Assembly (NCBI GenBank): GCA_965223265.1
Contig: OZ244999.1
Location: 2,816,001 to 2,880,000 of the forward strand
From: Planctomycetota bacterium
Lineage (GTDB): Bacteria > Planctomycetota > UBA8108 > SXIK01
Direction of reading: 5' to 3'
DNA: 64,000 bases
The translations under genes were made by a program, and so were the position numbers. This document shows, in pieces, positions 9,186 through 17,414 of this stretch. The notes beneath the pieces were generated by a model. It searched no databases. It was not told the origin of the DNA and saw only the letters and a list, made by a program, of their open reading frames with translations. Each line of letters begins with the position of its first letter. Within the stretch, counting starts at the first letter, position 1.

Positions 9186-10436
9186 ATGAGAAGCCTGTGT
9201 CGAAGCACCATTGGTTTCTTTTTTTTCTGTATAATCACTTCCGGTTGTATGACCGTTATTAGCCAAGCGGAGTACTGGAGCGATCTTCCGAAATCTCCTC
9301 TCAAAGATGAATTCGACCCACTTGTTGCGACTTACGGGGGTGTATACAACGGTGGGCTATTCATACGGCGAAGCGTCGACGCCCTCTCCAGCGACGTGAA
9401 TAAGATCGTGTTCGTTCCTGCCGTGTTGTTTGATATGCCACTCTCTTTCGTCGTAGATACCGTTTTTCTTCCGATGACGATACCACAACAGATTGAGATT
9501 GGCCTGCGTGATCGACCGGACGAAGAAGAGCTCGAGATCTCTTTGCCTGGAGATGTCGCTGTCAGGTTTGCGTCAAGGAGTGAGACTGCAGAGTTCCTCG
9601 GCACGCGCGATGCGTTTGTCTCGGCTATGAGTCCCTTCGACAGAGCGGTGCGGATGAGGAGCCGCGAAAGGTTTTCGGAAGCGGAGTTTCTCGAGTTTGT
9701 AGCCCGTCAGAGCCGGGACTTTGGCGGCGCAGAAAAACGGAAGCTCCGGACAGTTGTTGCGTCGATCGCGAAGAAGTTCTCTGCGATCAACCTTCGGGAC
9801 GTGTTCCCCGCAGAGATCACGATTGTAAAGACAAGCGGGAAGGAAGAAGGTCATGCGGCATATTGCCGTGGCAATCACATCGTCCTTTCAACGCGAATGC
9901 TCCGTCAAGGACGAGGTGAGTTGGAATTTACGCTGACTCACGAGCTGTTCCACATTCTCTCCAAGAACGACCGTCAACTGCGTGCCCAGCTCTATGAGAT
10001 CGTCGGGTTCAAGCCGTGTGACCCCGTTCCCTTTCCCGAATCTCTACGCGCGAAGAAGATTACGAACCCAGACGCGATCGAGAACGATTTCTACACGCAG
10101 GTGACGGTCGAGGGGCGCGAAGAGAAAGTTCTGCCGATTCTCCTATCGAGCCAGACCAGCTACGATTCTCGGCGCGGCAAGGATCTCTTTGACTATTTGA
10201 CGCTCATGCTTCTTGCGATTGAAGAGAAGGATGGACGTTGGGTCCCCAGATACGAAGGCGGCGAGCCAGTACTCTTAAGTTTGGGAGAAGCTCCGGAGTA
10301 CTCAGAAAGGTTCAAAGACGGCTATGGCTACATCCTGCAGCCGGAGGAAGTCCTTGCCGACCAGTTCGTCTTTATGGTTGAGGGCTCCAGCGAGTTTGCG
10401 ATTTCCCAGGCCATGCGTGAGGTTCTTTGCCGGTAG
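9186..10436 (+). CDS. YceK/YidQ-like lipoprotein domain fused to HExxH zincin-like metallopeptidase domain
   Basis: Lipobox ITSGC, YGG and FDMPLSFVVDTVFLPMTIPQQIE (paralogous to 8625-9014); then THELFHILS, TNPDA and QPEEVLADQF; alternative start 9165. Confidence 0.8.
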   Translation: MRSLCRSTIGFFFFCIITSGCMTVISQAEYWSDLPKSPLKDEFDPLVATYGGVYNGGLFIRRSVDALSSDVNKIVFVPAVLFDMPLSFVVDTVFLPMTIPQQIEIGLRDRPDEEELEISLPGDVAVRFASRSETAEFLGTRDAFVSAMSPFDRAVRMRSRERFSEAEFLEFVARQSRDFGGAEKRKLRTVVASIAKKFSAINLRDVFPAEITIVKTSGKEEGHAAYCRGNHIVLSTRMLRQGRGELEFTLTHELFHILSKNDRQLRAQLYEIVGFKPCDPVPFPESLRAKKITNPDAIENDFYTQVTVEGREEKVLPILLSSQTSYDSRRGKDLFDYLTLMLLAIEEKDGRWVPRYEGGEPVLLSLGEAPEYSERFKDGYGYILQPEEVLADQFVFMVEGSSEFAISQAMREVLCR

Positions 10437-10740
10437 CCGAAGTCAAGGCGTTCGCGGCGTGTGCAGCGGTAGTGAGGTGCGTCGTTTGAGGCGACCACGG
10501 AGCTTTTCTGTCGAGCCGGAGTGGCAATCAGCGATCCGAGCCTCATCGCACGGAGCACCGTGCGCTACCCACTCGGGGGCTCGACGTTCGGGCTCTGCGC
10601 AAGACGATGGGGGCGGATTTCCACGAAACGCAATCAGACATCAGGCGCAATCGAATGGGATCAAGGATGCGCGATGACGCCACGATCGCTGGCGGGCCTC
10701 GTGCGCCGTTAGCAGGCTTCCTATGGACACACTGAGCACT

Positions 10741-11046
10741 GTAAACGTCCGGTGAAGCACATCTGGCGTGGCGTGTCGTTGTGTGGAGACTTCGTGGTCG
10801 AGGAGGTGAACCATGAAGAGCTCCAGATCGAGACGTCGTTCGCAGCACGAGATCGAGGAGATTGTCGCAGCGTACCACCGAAGCGGGCTTTCGCAGTCAG
10901 CGTACTGTGAGTGCGAGGGACTGGCGCTGTCCACTCTGAGCAAGTGGCTCTCGAAGTCACGCAGGGGCCGGACGAGGCAAGCGGCAAAGCGTAGCTCCAT
11001 GGAGTCGCAGTTTGTCCCCGTGAAGCTCGTGGACGCTTGTGAGTGA
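10741..11046 (+). mobile_element. IS66-family remnant (left end plus tnpA only)
   Basis: GTAAACGTCCGGTGAA at 10741 resembles IS66 terminal IRs (GTAAGCGTCC..); followed by a tnpA-like ORF; no tnpB, tnpC or right IR seen. Confidence 0.7.
10813..11046 (+). CDS. tnpA: IS66 accessory protein TnpA (truncated)
   Basis: IVAAYHRSGLSQSAYCECEGLALSTLSKW..FVPVKL is the typical IS66 TnpA HTH pattern; strong AGGAGG SD. Confidence 0.75.
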   Translation: MKSSRSRRRSQHEIEEIVAAYHRSGLSQSAYCECEGLALSTLSKWLSKSRRGRTRQAAKRSSMESQFVPVKLVDACE

Positions 11047-11367
11047 TCCCTTGGTAGGTGGCCGTTTCGCCCGCTGTTTCGTTCGCGATGGTGAGGGGGC
11101 GACGTACTCTACTCTTGGAGCGCTTTTGGTAGATCGCCCCCGGTCGCAGAACGGAATCTTGGAACAGGGTGGACGGACGTCCAGGATCCGACAACTCAAA
11201 CCGACCGAGGTTTCAGGCGTCCTCCGAGCTTGCCGGCGATGTGTGGCGGATCGTCCCGTGCGATGTGGTACTCCGTTTTCCGAAATGTCGTCACGCAGAG
11301 CTTGGCTGCCCAACCGCCCAGCGACGACCCACAAACCCACTCTCAACCACTCCCTCACACTCCCCAG

Positions 11368-11454
11368 CAGGTACTCATACAGGTACTCACGCCGATTTCT
11401 TCGCAGCGTCCCGGGCAAAAAGAAAGCCTCGTAACTCTTTGTCTACGAGGCTCT
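11368..11454. repeat. att-arm-like region: direct repeat CAGGTACTCA x2 and hairpin AGCCTCGTA..TACGAGGCT next to the tRNA 3' end
   Basis: 10-bp repeats at 11368 and 11380; 9-bp inverted repeat at ~11425-11452, which could also act as the tRNA terminator. Confidence 0.55.
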
Positions 11455-11460
11455 TACGTG

Positions 11461-11537
11461 TGGTGGGCGTTACTGGACTTGAACCAGTGACCCCCAGCTT
11501 GTCGAGCTGGTGCTCTAGCCAACTGAGCTAAACGCCC
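11461..11537 (-). tRNA. tRNA-Val(GAC)
   Basis: Reverse complement GGGCGTTTAGCTCAGTTGGCTAGAGCACCAGCTCGACAAGCTGGGGGTCACTGGTTCAAGTCCAGTAACGCCCACCA: cloverleaf, GAC anticodon, encoded CCA. Confidence 0.97.
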
Positions 11538-11759
11538 AAATACGTTGTCGTCCTTTTACCGTATGCGGTGGCAGGCCGCCGGGCTTGGTCCGTCGCCAGT
11601 GGTGACCGCGGCGGTGGCTACGTCATGTTTTGTCGCGCCGTTCCTCGGGGGGCAGCCAATCAGGCGCGTAAACTACCCTCTCCCTTGGGCACCGTCAAGA
11701 CACGAGCCCCCCTCGCCCTCGGGCGCTCGAGCCTACCCGGAGAATGCCGTCGGTGCCTC

Positions 11760-13085
11760 TCACCACCGTCCGCCCGGTGCGGGCTTGCTCGTCCGCTTCG
11801 GGGCCTCCGGCTCGGCGACCTTCGGCGGCGATGCCGCCCGCTCGTCGCTTGCCGCACCCTCCGTCGCCGCGTCGCCGTGACCGCAGAGGCGCCGCACCCC
11901 CCGGTGCACCACGTCACCAAATCTCTCGAGGCGTGCCATCGGCGCGGCGTCTTCGCCCTTGGCGTTCACTTCCAGCGCCGACACGCCACCAACCCAGAAC
12001 ACGAATACGAACAGCACCGGCACCAACATGCATGCGGCGATGACCACCGCGCTCTTGGGTGTCTTTCGCTTTCCGGCGCCGCCGTTCGCAGTGTTCTTTT
12101 TGACGAACGAGTCAAACTCGTCGTCGCCGAGCAGATTCCCCTCCGAGGGCCAGTCCTCCTCATCGTCATCTCGATCTCCGATTGCCGCGGCGTCAAGCGC
12201 AGGCGGGACGACCGCCGACGAGGCTCTGGCTGCGCCTCGCCGCTTCTTTTCTCCAACCAATTCGTCGACCGCGGGAAGGTCGACACCGCCCACGCGCCGC
12301 TCCGTGCTTCCGGCCACATTGAGCTCACCGAACGCAAGCGTGTCTTCGTCACCTAAAAAACCAGTGGCGTCCCCGCCTTCCGATTCCTGAGTACTACCCG
12401 CTGCGCTGTCAGCGGCTGCTTCGCGGCCCTGACTGGACGCCACTTTTTTCTGGGCCAAGCCCTGACTCTGCGGCTGGGCGACCGGAGCACTGCGAGTCGC
12501 TGCTTTCTTTTTGCGGATCGCCACCGAGGGATTCTTGCCTTCCAGACGCCCGTCCGCTGTGACGTAGAGCGGCTTCTTGCAGGACGGACACTGCAGCTTG
12601 CTCGTCGTAGCTACCGGTCGAATGGAAATCGGTGATTTACAGAAAAGGCAACGAAAGACAATCTTCTGGGCGTTACCGGCCGGGTGAGAGCTGCCGGCGT
12701 TGCGGCCTGGCGAGTCGCCGCCCTCCGCTGCAGTCGCCGGTTCGCCTCCGTCCTGTTGCGGCGCCGGAGACTTCGGCGTCTTGACCACCGATGAACCTCC
12801 CGACTTCACCAATCGCAGCTTTGAGGGCTGAGGGCGAGCCTCTTCTCGCGAGCTCTCTCGGGCGTCGAGTTCTTGCTTGCGTATCGCGATGGAGTCCTGT
12901 GAAAACAATTCCAGATCGGTGAGGGTCATCTGCGCGGGTGCGGCGCGACGCTGCAACCCGTTTGGTTCGGATCCAGCGTCGCCCCCTTCGCACTGACTGC
13001 AGATGAACGAATCTTTCAACGTGATCGGCGCGTCGGAGTCACTCTTGATGACGTCGCCGCATCTTTCGCAGTATCGTAATTCCAT
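11760..13085 (-). CDS. double zinc-finger, low-complexity protein with C-terminal TM helix
   Basis: CERC/CSQC and CLFC/CPSC pairs; acidic disordered linkers; hydrophobic helix AVVIAACMLVPVLFVFVFWV. Confidence 0.75.
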   Translation of the reverse strand: MELRYCERCGDVIKSDSDAPITLKDSFICSQCEGGDAGSEPNGLQRRAAPAQMTLTDLELFSQDSIAIRKQELDARESSREEARPQPSKLRLVKSGGSSVVKTPKSPAPQQDGGEPATAAEGGDSPGRNAGSSHPAGNAQKIVFRCLFCKSPISIRPVATTSKLQCPSCKKPLYVTADGRLEGKNPSVAIRKKKAATRSAPVAQPQSQGLAQKKVASSQGREAAADSAAGSTQESEGGDATGFLGDEDTLAFGELNVAGSTERRVGGVDLPAVDELVGEKKRRGAARASSAVVPPALDAAAIGDRDDDEEDWPSEGNLLGDDEFDSFVKKNTANGGAGKRKTPKSAVVIAACMLVPVLFVFVFWVGGVSALEVNAKGEDAAPMARLERFGDVVHRGVRRLCGHGDAATEGAASDERAASPPKVAEPEAPKRTSKPAPGGRW

Positions 13086-13104
13086 CGGATGAACGTCCGT
13101 TTCG

Positions 13105-13644
13105 TTAGTGATTCAGGCCGAGGAGGAACACGGTCCCGAGAAGCCCGAATTCGGCAAGCTGCACCGCGAGGATTGAGAAGACGAATCGGTTCGACGACTG
13201 ACGCTTGACAACGAAAAAGAGAAGGACAGTTAATCCGAGGCCGAACCCAATTTCGAGCAGCGAGACTGCTGCGAGCGCGCCTACCGTCTGTGCCGTGAGA
13301 GCATCTTCGCGGATCCAGCCGACGCCATAGCTCAGTAGTAGGGCCAACAGCAAAGCAACCAGCGCAGCGTTGAGGACGAACGCAAACTCCATCACGCGAC
13401 GTGTGCCGACCATGGGGTCGCTGCCTCGACTGGCGCTGAAACTGAAGAAGAACGCGAACGCGAACGTGAAAGCGAGCGCGACAAGGCACAGCACTGACTT
13501 TGAGTCGAGTTCCCGAAATGGCTGAATCGCTCTGGCCAGGACGTTCTCGTCGTGAAGTCCAGTGCTCACAAACGCGCCTGCGGCGAACAGGTACGTGAGT
13601 AGGACACCAAGTACAGTGAAGATTCCGCTCGAAGTCGGTCGCAT
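13105..13644 (-). CDS. hypothetical integral membrane protein (~5 TM)
   Basis: Multiple hydrophobic helices; co-oriented 19 bp upstream of the zinc-finger gene; exact start uncertain. Confidence 0.7.
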   Translation of the reverse strand: MRPTSSGIFTVLGVLLTYLFAAGAFVSTGLHDENVLARAIQPFRELDSKSVLCLVALAFTFAFAFFFSFSASRGSDPMVGTRRVMEFAFVLNAALVALLLALLLSYGVGWIREDALTAQTVGALAAVSLLEIGFGLGLTVLLFFVVKRQSSNRFVFSILAVQLAEFGLLGTVFLLGLNH

Positions 13645-13897
13645 AAACTGGTCCAGTGATGAGCTAGATGAGTGACCAAGCTATGTCTTCGACGCGGGTG
13701 CTGCACCGCGCCGAGTCGCAGAAGTATACCCTTTGCTCCAAGCAGCGGCAAAACGACCTGAAGTTGTCACCAGGGCGACCGTTGCGTATACTCTCGGTAG
13801 GTCGTTTCCGACTTCATCTACCCGTCGATGACGGCTTGAGCTAGGGGCAAAACCACGAGTACGCGACCACCGCGAAAAGTGCCGTTCAGATGCAGCT

Positions 13898-13956
13898 CCG
13901 ATAAGACACCCGATAAGACACCCGATAAGATACCCGATAAGATACCCGATAAGATA
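13898..13956. repeat. 12-bp tandem repeat CCGATAAGA(C/T)AC x~5
   Basis: Units at 13898, 13910, 13922, 13934 and 13946 in a divergent intergenic region. Confidence 0.9.
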
Positions 13957-14029
13957 GCAGCGCCGAGGTGGCGTTGATCAGGTGCGGTGCTGATAACGTT
14001 GTTGCGTGCCAGAACCGGGAGTGAAGTGA

Positions 14030-15571
14030 ATGCGAGAGCGCTGGACGAAGGACTGGGACCGTCGTTCACCCGACGAGCGACAGGCAGCGCAGCTTCGCAG
14101 GCTGAAGACGTTTCTTCGCTATCAAGTACTGCCCTTCAGCCCATTCTATCAACGCCTCTTTCGCGATGCGGGCGTCGATCCTGCCAACATCCAGTCGTTA
14201 CGTGATTTTCAGCAGTTGCCGTTCACGTCGAAGGACCTGATCGCACCGACTGCCGACGAGCCGCAGCGTCCTCGCGATCTGATTCTGCAGCCGACTCCAG
14301 AGATTATCCGTGCGCAGTGGCCACTCTCTTGGAAGCTTCGCCTTCTTTGGAATCGATTGTGGCAAGGCGAGTCTGGCGTGCGCGAAAGCCTCGAGAGAGA
14401 ATACCGTCCCGTTTCGATGTTCTTCACCACGGGGCGTTCAGCGTTGCCAACGCTCTTCACGCTCACGAACTACGATCTTGCGCTCCTTGAAGAGGTCGGG
14501 CGCCGGATTTTGCAAGTGGCGGACATCGGGTCGCGCGACAAACGCTTGCTGAACCTCTTCCCCTACGCGCCGCATCTGGCGTTTTGGCAGGTGTACTATG
14601 TCGGTATCGGGAGCAACGTGCTGACGCTCAACACCGGTGGCGGCAAGGTCATGGGGACGGAAGGAATTCTGCAGTCCATCGAGCGGATTCGCCCCTCCTT
14701 CATCATTGGCATTCCGGGATACGTTTATCACGTCTTGCGAGAGGCTCATTCCCGTTCCATGGACTTGAGCTTCGTCGAAGGATTGGCTCTGGGCGGCGAC
14801 CAGGTGACGCCTGGTTATCGGTCTCGCGTCAAGGAACTCCTCGTGTCGATGGGCGCGACAAAACCGCGTGTTCAGAGCGTTCTTGGTTTTACAGAGTCGC
14901 GTAAGTGCTGGGCAGAGTGTCCTGGAGAGGCGGACGCGGGTTTTCATACATATCCAGACTTTGAGATCGTCGAGCTCATCGATCCCGAGTCAGGGAATCC
15001 TGTCGGCGAGGGGGAAACCGGAGAGCTGGTGTATTCGTGCATCGACGGGCGCGGCAGCTGCATCCTTCGCTATCGCACGGGCGACCTGATCGTCGGAGGT
15101 ATGACCTGGAAGCCCTGCCCGCACTGCGGCCGAACCGTGCCGCGGCTTGCTTCCCAACTCGAGCGCGTCAGCAACCTGAAGAATTTTCAGCTTTCGAAAG
15201 TGAAGGGCACTCTCGTGAATCTGAACGTCTTCAAGGAAGAGCTCGATAACGACCCTGTCGTCGAGGAGTGGCAGCTGGTCATCAAGAAACGAAACGACGA
15301 TCCGTGCGACGTCGACGAGATCCATCTCAACCTGGCGCTTGCCGGCGACGTCAGCGACACCGATCAAGCTGCTGTCGTGGAACGCCTTGAAAAGCATCTC
15401 TTCAGTGTTTCCGAAGTGAAGCTGAACTCGACACGCGTTTTGGCGCTTGAGAAGGTTCTTGAGCTGCTCGGCATGGAGACTCAGATGAAAGAGAAGCGCA
15501 TCGTCGATTTGCGCACCGAGACCGCAAATGCCACCACGACGGCGGCGGCGCAGCAGCCGGTGAAACCGTAG
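14030..15571 (+). CDS. phenylacetate-CoA ligase (PaaK)-like adenylate-forming enzyme
   Basis: PFYQRLF..GVDP..LPFTSKD, VELIDPESGNPV.EGETGELV, LRYRTGDL, KVKGTLV. Confidence 0.85.
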   Translation: MRERWTKDWDRRSPDERQAAQLRRLKTFLRYQVLPFSPFYQRLFRDAGVDPANIQSLRDFQQLPFTSKDLIAPTADEPQRPRDLILQPTPEIIRAQWPLSWKLRLLWNRLWQGESGVRESLEREYRPVSMFFTTGRSALPTLFTLTNYDLALLEEVGRRILQVADIGSRDKRLLNLFPYAPHLAFWQVYYVGIGSNVLTLNTGGGKVMGTEGILQSIERIRPSFIIGIPGYVYHVLREAHSRSMDLSFVEGLALGGDQVTPGYRSRVKELLVSMGATKPRVQSVLGFTESRKCWAECPGEADAGFHTYPDFEIVELIDPESGNPVGEGETGELVYSCIDGRGSCILRYRTGDLIVGGMTWKPCPHCGRTVPRLASQLERVSNLKNFQLSKVKGTLVNLNVFKEELDNDPVVEEWQLVIKKRNDDPCDVDEIHLNLALAGDVSDTDQAAVVERLEKHLFSVSEVKLNSTRVLALEKVLELLGMETQMKEKRIVDLRTETANATTTAAAQQPVKP

Positions 15572-15592
15572 TGGGATGCGAGCGAGACGAAC

Positions 15593-16489
15593 ATGGGTGA
15601 AGCAAAACGAAACTGTCTGGCGCTTGGTGGTGGCGGAGCTCGAGGACTGTCGCATTTGGGTGTTCTCCAAGTCCTAGAACGCGAAGGCGTTTCGGTCGAC
15701 GCTATCGTCGGAACTAGCGCCGGCGCGGTCGTCGGCGCCGCCTACGCCCTCAATCCCAGTGCCACGGAGATTACCCGAGTTGCCCTGAAGTACTTTCGTG
15801 AGAGCGCCGAACGCAGCAGTGCCTTTAAGAAGGTGCTCCTCGGCAGTGAAGATGCGGAACAAAACTTTGTCGCCAACTTAATTTCGAGCATCAAAAAAGG
15901 GTACGTCTTCAGTGCTCTCCTACGACGCCCGTCGATTTTCCCGACGAAGCGTCTCATGGACGTGATCTCCGACCTCGTTCCTGACAAACAGTTTTCGGAT
16001 ACGCAGATTCCGTTTGCAGTGCCGGCACTCGACATTCGTTCGGGCGAGGAAGTGCTCCTTCGCGAAGGCTCGATTCGAGAAGCCGTCCTGGCGAGCTGCT
16101 CGCTGCCGGGCTTTTTTCCTCCCGTGGCACACGGAGAGCAACTGCTCGTCGACGCCGGAGTGATCGGGCCGGTGCCGGTCAGTGCGGCCCATTCGTTTCG
16201 GCCGGGCCATGTGATCGCGGTCGACATTACGTCACAACTGCCAGAGATCGTGGAGATCACCCAGGGGCTTGACGCGATCTTGCGCGTCGAAACGATTGCT
16301 TGTAAGCGACTGAACGACCTTGAGCTTGAGCGCGCCGACGTCGTGATCCGGCCGAACGTCGGTGAGAAGTACTGGTCCGACTTCAGTGGTCTCGATGCGC
16401 TCATCTCCGAGGGTGTCGGCGCCGCGGAGCTCGTGCTCGACGAGCTGCGGCGGCTGAGCCGTCCGCTCGCGTCGTCTTCAGCTGAGTGA
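15593..16489 (+). CDS. patatin-like phospholipase
   Basis: LALGGGGARG, GTSAG nucleophile elbow, VDAG motif. Confidence 0.92.
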   Translation: MGEAKRNCLALGGGGARGLSHLGVLQVLEREGVSVDAIVGTSAGAVVGAAYALNPSATEITRVALKYFRESAERSSAFKKVLLGSEDAEQNFVANLISSIKKGYVFSALLRRPSIFPTKRLMDVISDLVPDKQFSDTQIPFAVPALDIRSGEEVLLREGSIREAVLASCSLPGFFPPVAHGEQLLVDAGVIGPVPVSAAHSFRPGHVIAVDITSQLPEIVEITQGLDAILRVETIACKRLNDLELERADVVIRPNVGEKYWSDFSGLDALISEGVGAAELVLDELRRLSRPLASSSAE

Positions 16490-16801
16490 ACGGGCTTCTG
16501 CCCGACGATCCGAGTCGGTCTTGATACTGGCGGTGGGAGAGCTTCGCGCCGTGGCCCACCCCCGGTAACACAGCACTGGAGCACGGATTTCGTGCAGCCG
16601 CGGCAAACAGCGAGTGGGGCCTTCGAGCTCGAACGAAGTGTCTCACTGGCGCAGAAGGTTCCAAGAGGCGGTGGAGTCGCGGCTAACTGGCGGTGCGCCG
16701 CCGGCGCAAAATGGCCAAACTCGAGGCGATACGCTATTCTTCCCGTTGGTCGTACTATGAACAGTACGTAAGGCGGCGATCGCATTGGTCCAGGAGCTTT
16801 C

Positions 16802-17413
16802 ATGTTCATCGCGCTTGAGGGCGGCGACGGTTGTGGGAAGAGCACGCAGGCTGAACTTCTTGCCGCGCATCTTCGCAGCGCCGGGCGTTCCGTCCTCGCG
16901 GTCCGCGAGCCAGGTGGCACGAAGCTCGGCGAGCAGCTGCGCTCGCTTCTTCTTGATGGCTGCGGCGAGGAGTTGTCACCCGTTACGGAGACGTATCTAT
17001 TCATGGCGGCGCGAGCTCACCTTGTCGAGCAGCGCATTCGACCAGCGCTCGAAGCCGGGGAGATCGTCATTTCCGATCGATTCTGGTGGTCAACTGCAGC
17101 CTACCAGGGTGCGTCTGCAGGCCTCGAGCCGGAAGAGATCCTGAACCTCGGCCTCCTCGCGGTCAAAGGTGCGACCGTGAACGAAACGATCCTGCTCGAT
17201 CTCGATCCTCGCGTTGCCTTGCATCGCGCTGCCGGTGCCGACCGTATGGAGAGGCGAGGCGTCGAGTTTCAGCAGCAGGTGCGCCGCAACTTCTTACTGC
17301 TCGCAGAGCGTTTTCCGCAGGGCGTTCATGTCATCGATGCGAAGGGCTCAGTTGATGAAGTTCACCGGCGAGTCCTCGCGAGTCTTGACGTCGTGTCCCC
17401 GGGGAGTTGCTGA
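16802..17413 (+). CDS. tmk: thymidylate kinase
   Basis: FIALEGGDGCGKSTQ, REPGGT, SDRF..S..AYQG. Confidence 0.95.
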   Translation: MFIALEGGDGCGKSTQAELLAAHLRSAGRSVLAVREPGGTKLGEQLRSLLLDGCGEELSPVTETYLFMAARAHLVEQRIRPALEAGEIVISDRFWWSTAAYQGASAGLEPEEILNLGLLAVKGATVNETILLDLDPRVALHRAAGADRMERRGVEFQQQVRRNFLLLAERFPQGVHVIDAKGSVDEVHRRVLASLDVVSPGSC

Positions 17414-17414
17414 C

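Noticed and set aside
11047-11460. Integrase next to the tRNA
   Set aside because: No R..HxxR..Y or serine-recombinase motifs in the translated frames provided
15742-17004. 420-aa minus-strand ORF
   Set aside because: Overlaps patatin and tmk on the opposite strand; S/R/P-rich composition typical of spurious frames
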